This document shows, in pieces, positions 13,801 to 24,371 of a stretch of DNA of 64,000 bases; the stretch's first letter is position 1; the number at the start of each line of letters is the position of its first letter. The DNA lies in the NCBI GenBank assembly GCA_002633005.1, contig NMRA01000514.1, positions 62,001 through 126,000 of the forward strand, written 5' to 3'. The notes beneath the pieces were generated by a model. The model made no database searches, was not told where the DNA came from, and saw only the letters and a list, made by a program, of their open reading frames with translations. The position numbers and the translations under genes were made by a program. The DNA is from Phoronis australis (Eukaryota; Animalia; Phoronida).

Positions 13801-16668
13801 CTCAAATGTCTATACATGGAAATGTCTGTTACCAATAAGTTACTTGTCTTTTCCAAGGTCAGTGGGACAAAATTAACCTCTGCCTTTTACTTTTAATTTC
13901 AATGATTTTTGTGCATTTCAGTTCGTCTGAGTCCGACATTGATCTCCTCTCTGTGTGTAATACTAACTGCTCCTGTTTATCTGGACGCTATGAACCAGTG
14001 TGTGGCTCTGATCACGTGACTTACTTCAGTGCATGCCATGCGGGCTGTCAGAGTTCTCCTATAGGTGGAGCCTTAGAGTCCTCAGATTTGGTGAGTTTTC
14101 TGTATTGGCCTGAAAAAGCATGACTTGTTTAGTTTTGCCTCTCGTTCAGTAACGCTAGGACCTCGCTAAAAAGCAAGACTTCTTGAGATTACGTGAGATA
14201 TTGCCGTGCATTTTAAATGAGAGTACGTGACTTTGACTAGGTTTTAGTTAGGTCCTAGCGTAGGTCCTAGCGTCTACTGAACACACGCCTGGTCTGCATG
14301 GGCGGTGCACCATAGGGTGCTGCGGGAGGCTATAGCCCCCCCCCACTTATTTCAGTGCTGCGCTGCCCGTAGTCTATGCATGACATGAACAGCATTGTTC
14401 AACAACCATATTGTGACATAAAATGGAATGACAGCATTTGTTATTTCGGACTAAGTTAAGACTAAAACAGTTTCATAAAACAGAGTCCAGATTTTTTTAA
14501 ACCTGTGCCTTGCTACTTGAAGAAAAAAAACCTGGCTATATGTTGAATTCAATCAAAATTTCAAACAAAGCAGTCACCTTCCTCTTGTCTTAATTTATCA
14601 TTTGGTTTTTTGTTCGTGACTACCCTTCAAAAATATTCTTCAAAAATGTGTTTGTCTTTACAGTTGAAAAGTCAAATTTTCGGAAGAATTTCAGCAACAT
14701 ATCTAATTTGGTTTGCATCTGATTTAATTTTGCTTTGTGGGCGAAATACATACTTTGCAGTCTGCAGTTCTTTCCTTCACAGAGACTTGAATATTTAAAC
14801 TACATTCAAACTAGTGTTTGAGACAATAATTTTGGCTTTTGAAAGTCTTGACTTCAGTATTTGACGATTGATTCTTCAGATTTACAAAGGCTGATGTTAT
14901 TAAAGTTTTACAGTACAGTAGTTTTCCAAAGCAAGTTGGCAGTTTCAGTTAAAAATTCTTCAGCTCCATCAAATTTATGATAAATATCCAAAGAAACATG
15001 CCAAAATTAATTCGAGTAATTTTTTTGAAAATAAAAGAAAAAATTTTGATTGTAAATAAAATGGCATTTTGTCAACATTTTTTGAAAACTGCTGTTTAAC
15101 CCTGTCCATTAAAAAGAAGTCATTACTAAAACGCAGATCACTGTTTATTTTTCTGTCAGAACTTCACGTCTTGTGACTGCCCAGCTGGCCACTACGCATT
15201 GAGTGGACGCTGTCCATCCACTTGTACTATGCTCGTGCCGTTTCTAGTCATGCTTTTCTTCACCATCTTTGTCACATGTCTTGGCCACAACCCAGCTCTT
15301 GTCATCACCCTCAGGTAAGGGAGACAACTCATGGTATGGTTTAAAGGCGTAAACTCTGCCTATTCTGGGTTTTGAAATAGTTTTGTTTCATTTACCTTTG
15401 AAAATCATATTATGAAGGATGACTGAATTTTACAAAATAGTAAAGTTTAACTTGGATATTATTATGACTCTTCTGAAGTGAAGCCATGATCACCTTTGTC
15501 TTGCAGTTCTGTTGCCCCCCACCAGAGGTCGTTTGCACTTGGAGCGCAGTATTTCCTGGTTAGATGCCTTGGTAAGCACGTAACTGCTTGTGCTGCTGGA
15601 AATTATAATCGTTTTATACTGTAATTAAGATACATGCATCAGGCGGCTTGCATGAACCAGACACAATTAGCCAATACGTTCCCTAAATCTTCTGCGCATT
15701 TGTTTACTTACCAGTGTTGTATTTTTCTCTCACTTTATCTTTATTAGGAGTTCCTCTTTTACATATGATTATTTCAAGCCAAAGTTCTGACAATTGAGTT
15801 CTCATTGCAATGAAAAGAAACACGATTAAATCCTTAGTTTATGCTCTGTTTGTTTTAAATTATAATACACTAAGAATTCAGACAACAGTTTGCTGATGTA
15901 ACCATGAAGGTATAATTGTAAAAAAGGGCAATCAGTGTTTGCATAAAGTCCACCAATGTAACGCATTGAGTCCTTGAAGTTTTGTGCAGCAGGTCACCGG
16001 GCTACCAGTGCTCACTAACTGCAAAATGTGTTGTGTTTGTTATCGGGAGTTTGTGCTTAATGCTTTGAAAAGTGTTGTGAAGTTTGAAAACTTTAACCCT
16101 CAACAACATTACATTGACATTATACAGTTTTAAAAATGAAGTAGACTTTCAGTCAAACATTTGGTGAACTCTTCCAAACTTTGCATGATTTTTGCTAGAA
16201 GGTTTCTCCCACAAAAATGGTACTGTCAGATCACTATCCTTATCTACAGACTTGGAATACTTTAAATTATTATCCTTATGTTATACAATGTACGTTTAGT
16301 GTTGGTAGAGTCTGTTATAAAATTATTCTGACCTGCGCACTGATGTGTGGTGTCTCTTTTTAGCTTTTATACCTGCTCCCATCTACTTTGGCAACCTGTT
16401 TGACTCACAGTGTCTCTTGTGGGAGGACAGGTGTGACCAACAGGGGGCATGCCTGGAGTATAATGTCGGCCATCTTCCTTACTACATGTTTGGTGTCTGC
16501 TGTGGGTTCAAGCTGCTCACCCTCGTCTTCTGTTCGCTGGCGTACTTCGCAGCAAGGAAACCCAATTCGTACACAGTAACGAATACAACGATTTCGGAGT
16601 TGTCCACCCCTGATGTATCTACTACACCAACCACGCCTGGTGGAGATAGTAGTGACACCTATATTTGA
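7173..16668 (+). CDS. SLCO: Solute carrier organic anion transporter (OATP/SLCO family), whole spliced CDS, about 683 aa
   Basis: join(7173-7893, 8541-8819 [or duplicate 9681-9959], 10950-11114, 12391-12583, 13922-14090, 15160-15314, 15507-15571, 16364-16668) = 2052 nt. All introns GT-AG and all phases compatible. Motifs: TTIERRF, SFYG, OATP signature WVGAWWIGFL, Kazal-like CNTNCSC..YEPVCGSDHVTYFSACHAGC, PAPIYFG..D..CLLW. Subfamily not determined. Confidence 0.95.
8541..8819 (+). CDS. SLCO coding exon 2, copy A (OATP signature)
   Basis: ttttgcag|GT...G|gtatgt, 279 nt, phase 1-1; encodes WVGAWWIGFL. Confidence 0.85.
9681..9959 (+). CDS. SLCO coding exon 2, copy B (near-identical duplicate)
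   Basis: Same splice sites and length as copy A; one amino-acid difference (PIAPP vs PIEPP). Lies in a duplicated block starting right after the N at 9119. Confidence 0.8.
10515..10733. mobile_element. Palindromic MITE-like element in an SLCO intron
   Basis: Long imperfect inverted arms: TGTAAAC..CATATTGATTGACGTTT..AAAAGTTCACAATA versus TATTGTGAACTTTT..AAACGTCAATCAATATG..GTTTACA. Confidence 0.65.
10950..11114 (+). CDS. SLCO coding exon 3
   Basis: ctgcag|GTATA...G|gtaagt, 165 nt, phase 1-1; encodes GFINFIAKFTQTAF. Confidence 0.9.
12391..12583 (+). CDS. SLCO coding exon 4
   Basis: caacag|GT...AG|gtgagc, 193 nt, phase 1-2; encodes IPAAALGILTGG. Confidence 0.9.
13922..14090 (+). CDS. SLCO coding exon 5 (Kazal-like extracellular domain)
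   Basis: tttcag|T...TTG|gtgagt, 169 nt, phase 2-0; conserved Cys pattern. Confidence 0.92.
14143..14283. mobile_element. Short MITE-like element
   Basis: Inverted ends GTTCAGTAACGCTAGGACCT / AGGTCCTAGCGTCTACTGAAC. Confidence 0.55.
15160..15314 (+). CDS. SLCO coding exon 6 (not in ORF track)
   Basis: tgtcag|AAC...AG|gtaagg, 155 nt, phase 0-2; NFTSCDCPAGHYALSGRCPSTCTMLVPFLVMLFF. Confidence 0.9.
15507..15571 (+). CDS. SLCO coding exon 7 (not in ORF track)
   Basis: ttgcag|T...G|gtaagc, 65 nt, phase 2-1; SVAPHQRSFALGAQYFLVRCL. Confidence 0.9.
16364..16668 (+). CDS. SLCO last coding exon
   Basis: tttttag|CT; AFIPAPIYFGNLFDSQCLLWEDRC..GACLEY; TGA ends at 16668. Confidence 0.92.
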
Positions 16669-17295
16669 TACTGAATGGTAAAGGAAAAAGGTGCCATACT
16701 TTTTGTTCTGAACCTTGACGGGGTATTTTTTTAGAGGAACTTAGTCACTTAATTTGTTATGGTATTCTTAATATTATGTTGACCATGTAGAAGAAGATTT
16801 TTAAGGGTTGTGCCTGTTCAGGAACAAGGATACACAATTTGCTGTACTCATGCTTATTCATTGGTATGACACAGCTGTGAACATACCAATACTTACTCAG
16901 GCAAAATTACTCAGAACTCCCGTCAGGACGCTTGTGCCGACTTTGCAGAGAATGACCCATTGTGACCTTTCATTACAGGGTGTATCTGTCATAATGTTTT
17001 TTGTCTGAATGCCTTTTCATGTACAGCAGATCTTGGACTGCTTATCGACTGTTCCTTCGATAATGTGCCTATATATTCATGCCCTTCCATGTTGACCGTT
17101 TGTAAATAACAACGTAGACTGTTTATTAAGTTGTGAAACATTCCTAAGCAATTGAACTCAATATTTAGTGTGGAAGCAGACTTTTGTTTTGTGTGGAATG
17201 TTTAGATCAGGCTTCTTGAATAACTTGGCTACCACAGTAGTAATAGATATTGTTTCTCACTTACAAACATGACTCACAGACTTCCCCACATGGTA

Positions 17296-17580
17296 CCATA
17301 GACTATAGTACATGGACCGCCAACTCCGTATACTTTCAATAGACGAAATCTGTGTTCTTACAGAAGCAATGAGTGGCGTCATTGTTCACTAGGGTCAGTC
17401 TGGCCAAATTATCTGGGTTTATTTCCGGCAAGTACGTCATCTGCTAATCATGGTTGGCTGTTGTGTCGTCACAATACACTGATTGGAAACTGAAACAGAT
17501 AATTTAGGAGAATAGCGCCTCCTCTAGGATAGTACGCAAGATAATGTTGGACTTGCGAATCTGTTGCCTATAATCTATGG
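17296..17580. mobile_element. MITE in the probable SLCO 3' UTR
   Basis: TIRs CCATAGACTATAG / CTATAATCTATGG, flanked by direct repeat TGGTA (17291-17295, 17581-17585). Confidence 0.6.
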
Positions 17581-18692
17581 TGGTACATGGATAATGAGTC
17601 TGTTCGTGTTTTTTGTTTGGTGCTTAAGTCATTTTTGTGATTCCGCTGTCATGTTTCACTATCGGTAACCCGTGTTTAGCAGTAGTGGGTGAGCCATGTT
17701 TGTAAGATGGTAAACTGAATTTATCGGGTTTGTGAGCCTTGTTTATATGTGAGAGACTTATGTTTAAGAGTGCAGCAGCCGTGTTGTTCTGGTAGCTTGT
17801 AAATTCATTTTTTATATCATTATTGCTGAGTGCAAAGGATTTCAGGGTGACTATTATGAGTTGACACACATGATATGTGTTCAACGGAACAATATTTCTG
17901 TCATTCTTTAGCACCGCTTTGTTTCATTGACTTTTCTGTGATTTTCACTTGATACACCTGTGTCTATTCAGTATAACTTGTACGGTTTGATTGTCTCAGG
18001 GAATAGTTGAGTGCCACAAAGTGCCCTGTTATGGGCGCCATGCGCGCATTTTAACCAAGCAGTTCCTTTAGCTGCTCTTTGTTGTATGCTGGTAAAATTG
18101 GCCATGTAAGGTATCTAGGCGAACTCATCTCGTCATACACGAATCTGTTTAATAATAAATTACTGAGTAATGTTTAAAACATTGTCTGTGCACATTCATA
18201 AGCTAAAAGCTGTACAAGACTTTGTATATAACCACAATGATGTACTAAGCTTGTTCAGGGTACTAAGCTATAAGAAGTTAGGTTTGGGGGGGGGCAAGTT
18301 GACCTCTCCCCTCCGGTGTTACGACAGTTTTTTCACCAAGTTGTTATTGAAGTGTAGAGATGGCATAATAGATGGTAAGACCATTTTATAGTTACAATAT
18401 CGTACTGAGTTTCAGGAAATGTTTTTGTTTATAATTATTTACACCATGTTCTTCACCTAGATGGCAACTTTTTATTTTGTTTTATTATTTATTGACTACT
18501 CTTTTTGGAATGGTTTCAACAAACCAATATTTTGTGACAGTACTTATCATTGGGGTCTTGATGAAAAAACAGAACAATTATCGAGGGCTTTAATTTTTGG
18601 ATCGTTGGAGTTTTGAATGTTCCCAAAAATACATTGTTTTGTTTTCAGTGAAGGCCATGGCCTTATATATGTCTATAAATTTTTTTGCAGTC

Positions 18693-18972
18693 AACCACTT
18701 ATGGTTATTGCTCTCCACATATCACTTATTCACTTAACCACTTATGGTTGTGTCTCTCCGCATATTTCTTATTCAGTAAACCACTTATGGTTGTTGCTCT
18801 CCGCATATCACTTATTCACTTAACCACTTATGGTTGTGGCTCTCCGCATATTCCTTATTCAGTAAACCACTTATGGTTGTTGCTCTTCGCATATCACTTA
18901 TTCACTTAACCACTTATGGTTGTGTCTCTCCGCATATTCCTTATTCAGTAAACCACTTATGGTTGTGGCTCT
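18693..18972. repeat. 43-bp minisatellite, about 6.5 copies, alternating A/B variants (86-bp higher-order unit)
   Basis: AACCACTTATGGTT starts at 18693, 18736, 18779, 18822, 18865, 18908 and 18951. Confidence 0.95.
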
Positions 18973-20530
18973 TGACACATTCCAAATTTAGCTTACAACT
19001 GATTTAGGAGTCTGGAATTACCTGAAACTTGAGATAGTCAGACTCAATAATGGATAAATATTTTTTGGCAGAAAGCGGATTTATAGCGGCATTAACCATT
19101 TTCTCAACACTGGAAATTTTCTTGAGATTACGTGGCATTTGGACGTGAAGCAAGTCATAGGATGATTTTGTAAATTAATGATGTCAGTTCGAGCTCAGAC
19201 CACATTAACTAAATCCCGAAATGCCACAGCGCCACTCTGATTCTGTTGTATTTACCCACAATGCTGTGTGCGTGGAGGTAACTTGTCACAATGACGCCAT
19301 GCTTATGACTATTTCAGTTAAAATTGGTATGCCAGTCTTTATTCTAATTCTTGCTACATGTACCTTCTTTGCTTGCCTGACATAGCTCAGAAGTGTTCCG
19401 GTGGGCTTGGGTCAGGAAAAACAGCGAGGTTACTCATATGCCATGCATTTTTTATGCCCTCCAAAAAGGAGAGTTGAAATCATGGCGTGTTTTTTGGTGT
19501 TTGGGTTAGATGTTGGTTGTCTTGAAGGGTACTTGTAGACTTGTTGACTTGTCTAAGTTGTTTTAGGCTCTCTTTAATCTGAGAAAAAAATGCTTTACAT
19601 TATCTTGGTACTTGTTTACTGTAAAGCCCAGGAAAAGGCGCTAGTCGTTTACAGCGGTCTCGGATGATTTTAAGAAGCAGTTTCGTGCCTGTCATTCAGT
19701 TTAGGAGACTCGTTCGGGGACATCTGTTGGTGACTTCTACTATGTTTTTGGCGCCAACCCAAGAACTAGTAGGTCTACTGAAGTAGAATGGAGAATGTAA
19801 TATTTAAATCAATGTTTAGATCCCGGTCTCAGGTGTCTTAAAATCGTCGACAGCAAAGACAGGTTAATTTACTCAAAGTAGTCCCTGATTGTTTTCTTTT
19901 GAGAATTGGATTTGCCGGTTTGCTTACTGATTACTAATACTACTTAAAAGGAAGTTAAATACTTGACAATCATTGTCAGTTCAGTAGGTGTTTGATGCAA
20001 CCTCGTTCAATGCAACGTTCGTCCATTTCCGTGTGACGTTGTCGTGCACATTACTACTACATATATGTACAGTGTGTACATCATAACGTCTCGCGGAAAA
20101 TGACGCGTTGTATGGGCGTGGTTTGATATGTCTTGTTATATGTACATGTAGTGTTGAGAAATCGTACCGCATAGAAACATGTTAGAATGAACTAGTCTAA
20201 ACATTTAAAGAGTGTTACAATCTGTTCATCTCTGATGGATATTGGAGTTTGAAGGACATCTAGCCACCATGCATTTTTACGGTGATTTTGGTTATATTAA
20301 TATGGACTGAAATTATAGTCATGGTGATATTTAGCCTGTGTTGTGTGCCAAATGTTTGTGATGCAGTGGAAGCAGGAGAATAAACTGTATACATGTATGT
20401 CCATGACGTAGTTATCCATTATGAAGTTGCCATGACAACCTGGGGATCCAGACCGCGGCTGTCGACGACTTTGGAGCTGATCCAGAGGAGGTTCACGGAG
20501 TGCTTAATCAGTTTTATGCTTTCTTTACTC

Positions 20531-20790
20531 GGGGTCGTGGGTTCGAGTCCCACCAGGTCACACAGCTAAACCCTTGAGCCAGGTTTCTAGCTCCTCAGCT
20601 CGGTTTTAACTATATATTAATAAAGCATAAAAATAGTTCCAGGTGATCAGGGCAATGGACCCACATGCGTGACCTGCGCACGTCTGGTACAACGTGTATC
20701 AGACCGCCTGCAATTATTTTTAAACCTATAAATCTTAAGAACTCCTCAAACTACCCTTGCCAGGTCCCCTCGGGACTGACATAACCCTCG
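20531..20790 (+). mobile_element. tRNA-derived SINE-like fragment
   Basis: Pol III B-box GGTTCGAGTCCC (20540-20551) in a T-arm hairpin, with no complete cloverleaf. 3' boundary uncertain. Confidence 0.45.
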
Positions 20791-20891
20791 ACTGAGAATG
20801 TACATAAATTATCGCATTGCTTTCAAGGGCACGGCCCTGCTTTGTGACTGGCAGATCGAGAACTTACCGAATCACTAAAGCAAGTTGCGTT

Positions 20892-21152
20892 ATGCACGCG
20901 CGCACCCAGCCTTTAACATAGGGGGCTCGAATTACTGGCGATGTGGACCTTTTGACGACAAAAAGCGGGAGGACTAAAAAACGGGGTACCACCTTCAGGA
21001 CTGTGAATTGTGCGTCAGCGCTTTTTTAGTGGACTTTTGTCTCGTTTGCTTGGACTTTTTGTTTCTCTGAAGCGGATCTTTTTGCCCACTTCGCCAAATG
21101 GGGGGCTCATTCGAGCCCCAGAGCCACCCCCCCCCCCCTGCGTGAGCGCATG
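20892..21152. mobile_element. MITE-like element with GC-rich ends
   Basis: Imperfect inverted ends ATGCACGCGCGCA / TGCGTGAGCGCAT and internal GGGGGCTC..GAGCCCC repeats. Confidence 0.4.
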
Positions 21153-22771
21153 TTATGTACACACTGGTGAATTTAATACACTGAGGTGCAAATTTACACC
21201 TGGCGCACGTGAGTGCGAGTCAAGTTGGTATAAATGAAGAAATGATCGTCATTGAAAATTATTTCTGTAATATCAGTTTTTCAGTCGGCATCACCAATTT
21301 TCCCTTTAAACATCCAAAAGCATTCCCAGTGTGTAAGCGTGATTTGGATCTGACTTCCACGGCTTTTGTATGCCAAGGGTTACATATGGAGAGGTGCAAT
21401 AAGCATACAGTAGTTGTTCATTTTCCAATTTGTTCTTTCTGAACGCTGAGCCTCCAAAAACCAGCGCGTCAAGAACGCGACCAAGTCATCTGATATTGAC
21501 GTCAGTTGCGCTGTGATCAGTATAATCGCACATCTAATAAAAGAATAGTTGTACATGTATACGAGAACCAATTTTATTTCAATAAAAACTGCGAACAATA
21601 TTTTGGGTGCGATAATTGATATCGGTATATCTTCCATCGATACAACCGGGATATATGAGAAATACCAAGTATATCTATAGAGTAATTGCCTCGTGGAAAT
21701 CTTACGTAGCATAGTAGCAAGATCGCCTTTGACTGCTAATTTCGCGTATGCATTTTGTTGAATCGAAAAACTCACCTTCGTTTGAAATACAGTGTAATAC
21801 GTTCGAGCGATTCTGGACAGAACTGGCTTGAAAAAGAGAGCATGTGACAGGCATTTGACAATTTTCAGAACGCGACATTTCATGTCCTCGAAATCTTCGT
21901 GAACTTTCTTCTGCTGCCGGTTCATCGACCTTTTTCAATCCATACTAATATACTGATCGTTAACGACCCAGTTTCAAGGTGACTATTGATACTCGCAGTC
22001 CCATCTAGAATAGGAAACGTCTTTTCTTCGCTTCGGAATGTATGGGATGCAAATGTTCATTTATTTACGCCCGGTGTATACTGCTTTACGTTCGAGTGTG
22101 AACGTGCTGCTTGTAAACGGACTCTTTTTATGGTATAATAATTTGTAGGTTGTGTCGCAATAAAAGTCTTGCCGTACATGCGCGTACTCTGTTTAAGGAA
22201 GTTCAACACTGTCGAATGTTTTTTTTTTTAAAGTTTTATATTTTGTGTTTTGGTATTCTGCTACAGATATGCAAAACTATGGGATAACATTGATTTCAGT
22301 CAACCCCTGACTGAAGTATCGAAGGCGCCTAAATATTGGAAAGTTTCACACAGTTCAAAACACTTTTCTCGCTCCGAATATTACTTTTCCCCGGTCACTT
22401 TTTTAAAGTAAATTCGTGAAAACTTTGATAAATCGGAAAGTTCTGTGGGAAAAAGTCGCATTGCAGTACTTTTTATCCAGTAGCGTACAGAAGGAAGGCG
22501 GGGCAGGACAGTGCGACGGCGCGGGTATCCACACGGGAATCCCTATGAATAATTTTTTGAAATGGCGACTGATTTCTAGTTAATTTGAATAAAGTTTCTA
22601 TTTTATGTTTCATCTCTTACTTTTCTTGGTATTAGGGCACATGCATTTGGGTAGACAGAGGGGCATCCAATAAAAATCGTCACGGGCATCTATCGTTTGC
22701 ATCACTTCACTAGACCCAACCAGTTTATTTTGTACAACAGCAGATATCTGTTACTCAGTGCACGAATAGAC

Positions 22772-22845
22772 ATTGCGGCACATTGGTTAGTGCTTCAGAG
22801 TTCCGTTTGGGGGACCCGGGTCCAAATGCTGGCTCCACTGGCAGA
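22772..22845 (+). mobile_element. Degenerate tRNA-derived SINE head
   Basis: A-box-like GGCACATTGGTTAG and B-box-like GGGTCCAAATGC at tRNA-like spacing. Confidence 0.4.
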
Positions 22846-22857
22846 CTACGAGCATTG

Positions 22858-23078
22858 CAGAGGCGGATCTACGGGGGGTTCAGGAGGTTTAACCCCTCCC
22901 CCATGGGACAGCATCACAACGTTGCCAGGAAAACGAATTCAGCTACAAAAACCAAAAACGTCCTACACGCGAGGCGGAAACCCCTCCCGACCACCACCAC
23001 CACCCCGCTCGGCGCTTCGGATTCGCGCGAATCCTAACCCCTCCCCCTCTCCTTACTGAAAGCGTAAATCTGCCACTG
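22858..23078. mobile_element. MITE with CAG termini and 5-bp TSD (hAT5-like)
   Basis: TIRs CAGAGGCGGATCTAC / GTAAATCTGCCACTG (12/15); TSD CATTG at 22853-22857 and 23079-23083. Confidence 0.7.
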
Positions 23079-23183
23079 CATTGCGTGTCTGCTATTCCTC
23101 TGAGCTCGTTCGTATTAATAAATGTAAGCAACGTTGTAAATGAGAATCTGGATGTAATGCAAAAGCTGAGACTGTGCTCATAT

Positions 23184-23194
23184 TTTATTTTATT
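23184..23194 (-). promoter_or_regulatory. Candidate polyadenylation signals of the IF gene
   Basis: Two overlapping AATAAA on the minus strand, about 1.1 kb downstream of the stop codon. Confidence 0.4.
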
Positions 23195-24329
23195 GTTGTT
23201 TTTTTATTACACGAACTGGAGATGACGAGTTTGAACTTGATGCAGTGGTGAAGAGTTCAATTATTTTCACTTGTCAGTAAGAGCCCCACACTTTCTTTAT
23301 CAGTATTTATCGACAGAGCGAAGGCGTGATGTAAATAAAATTATAACCAGGTTAGTGTACATCAAGCAGTTTATTATATGACGCGTGTCCTTACACTCTT
23401 ACAGAAGATGACCTTCTAGCAGCCTCGAAACGTTTAACACGATTTCACTTAATCAAGCCACTATCCTATTCATTACTCTCGACAAATCAAAGACTTCACG
23501 TAATGTACCACAGTCGTATAGCCGCTTTCAAATACATCAACATTAATATCCCATCACGAGTTACAGTACTAACAAAAACACGTATCACGTTGCCACCACT
23601 TGGAACTTTTCAATTAGTTTCTACGGATACGAGTTTTCCAGCGACCCTCGGACTGTCTTACAACATCGGCGATAGCCACCTTATCTAAAACTTTCACAGT
23701 TTATACCCTATAGCTCAAACAACACCACATAATACAGTATATACTTCTACAAGTCGTCGTTTATGGTGTAAAGCAAACGGTAAATTATAAAAAACAACAA
23801 TCTCGAACAAGCGTACAATAAATGTTCAGAGTAGATGTGCAAAAACGAAGCCCTCAACAATCTTCAATTTAAGGCAGTCATTTTGAATGCTCTGCCTCAA
23901 AACGGGAAATACTCCCTGGCAGTGTTCACAATGGAGCGGTATAGTTAAAACACCTATTAGTAAGCTCAGTTCGTAATGGAATATTTGTACATCTGCATGA
24001 AAAAATAAAAAATAACGACGAAAAATCAGATCCAATTAAGGGAACTACGCCACCAACGGTTGACACAAAGCACTGCACGTTACTACTAGTCCACGTCTAT
24101 ACATATCACCAAATAAAAAGCCACCATACATTTGACTCGAGAAAATTCAAGAAAAGATTATGCTTTTTACTGTAACGCAAAAGCCGAATTTGGATCTACA
24201 TAGGCATTAAAATAATAAACATTTCCGGCAATAGAGATTTCAACCTAAAAGAACCTTTGTCCGTGCCAATATTCCACGAACCTCTTTGGAGCTTTGGATG
24301 CTCCGCCAGTCACTCAGGTGTTTAAGTGT

Positions 24330-24371
24330 TTAGGTTGAGAAGACGGTTTTCTGGGTGTGAGTCGCTTTCTC
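24330..24371 (-). CDS. IF terminal coding exon (EKATHTQKTVFST*)
   Basis: Strong acceptor tttctttctttttag, phase 0; matches the ERATH-type end of invertebrate IF tails. Confidence 0.88.
   Translation of the reverse strand, partial: EKATHTQKTVFST

Noticed and set aside
18693-18972. CRISPR-like regular repeats with a small palindrome
   Set aside because: The sequence between palindromes is itself repeated (no unique spacers), there are no cas genes, and the context is eukaryotic; it is a minisatellite.
21380-21925. 181-aa minus-strand ORF
   Set aside because: No recognisable domain or supporting splice structure; lies in repeat-rich sequence between the two genes.
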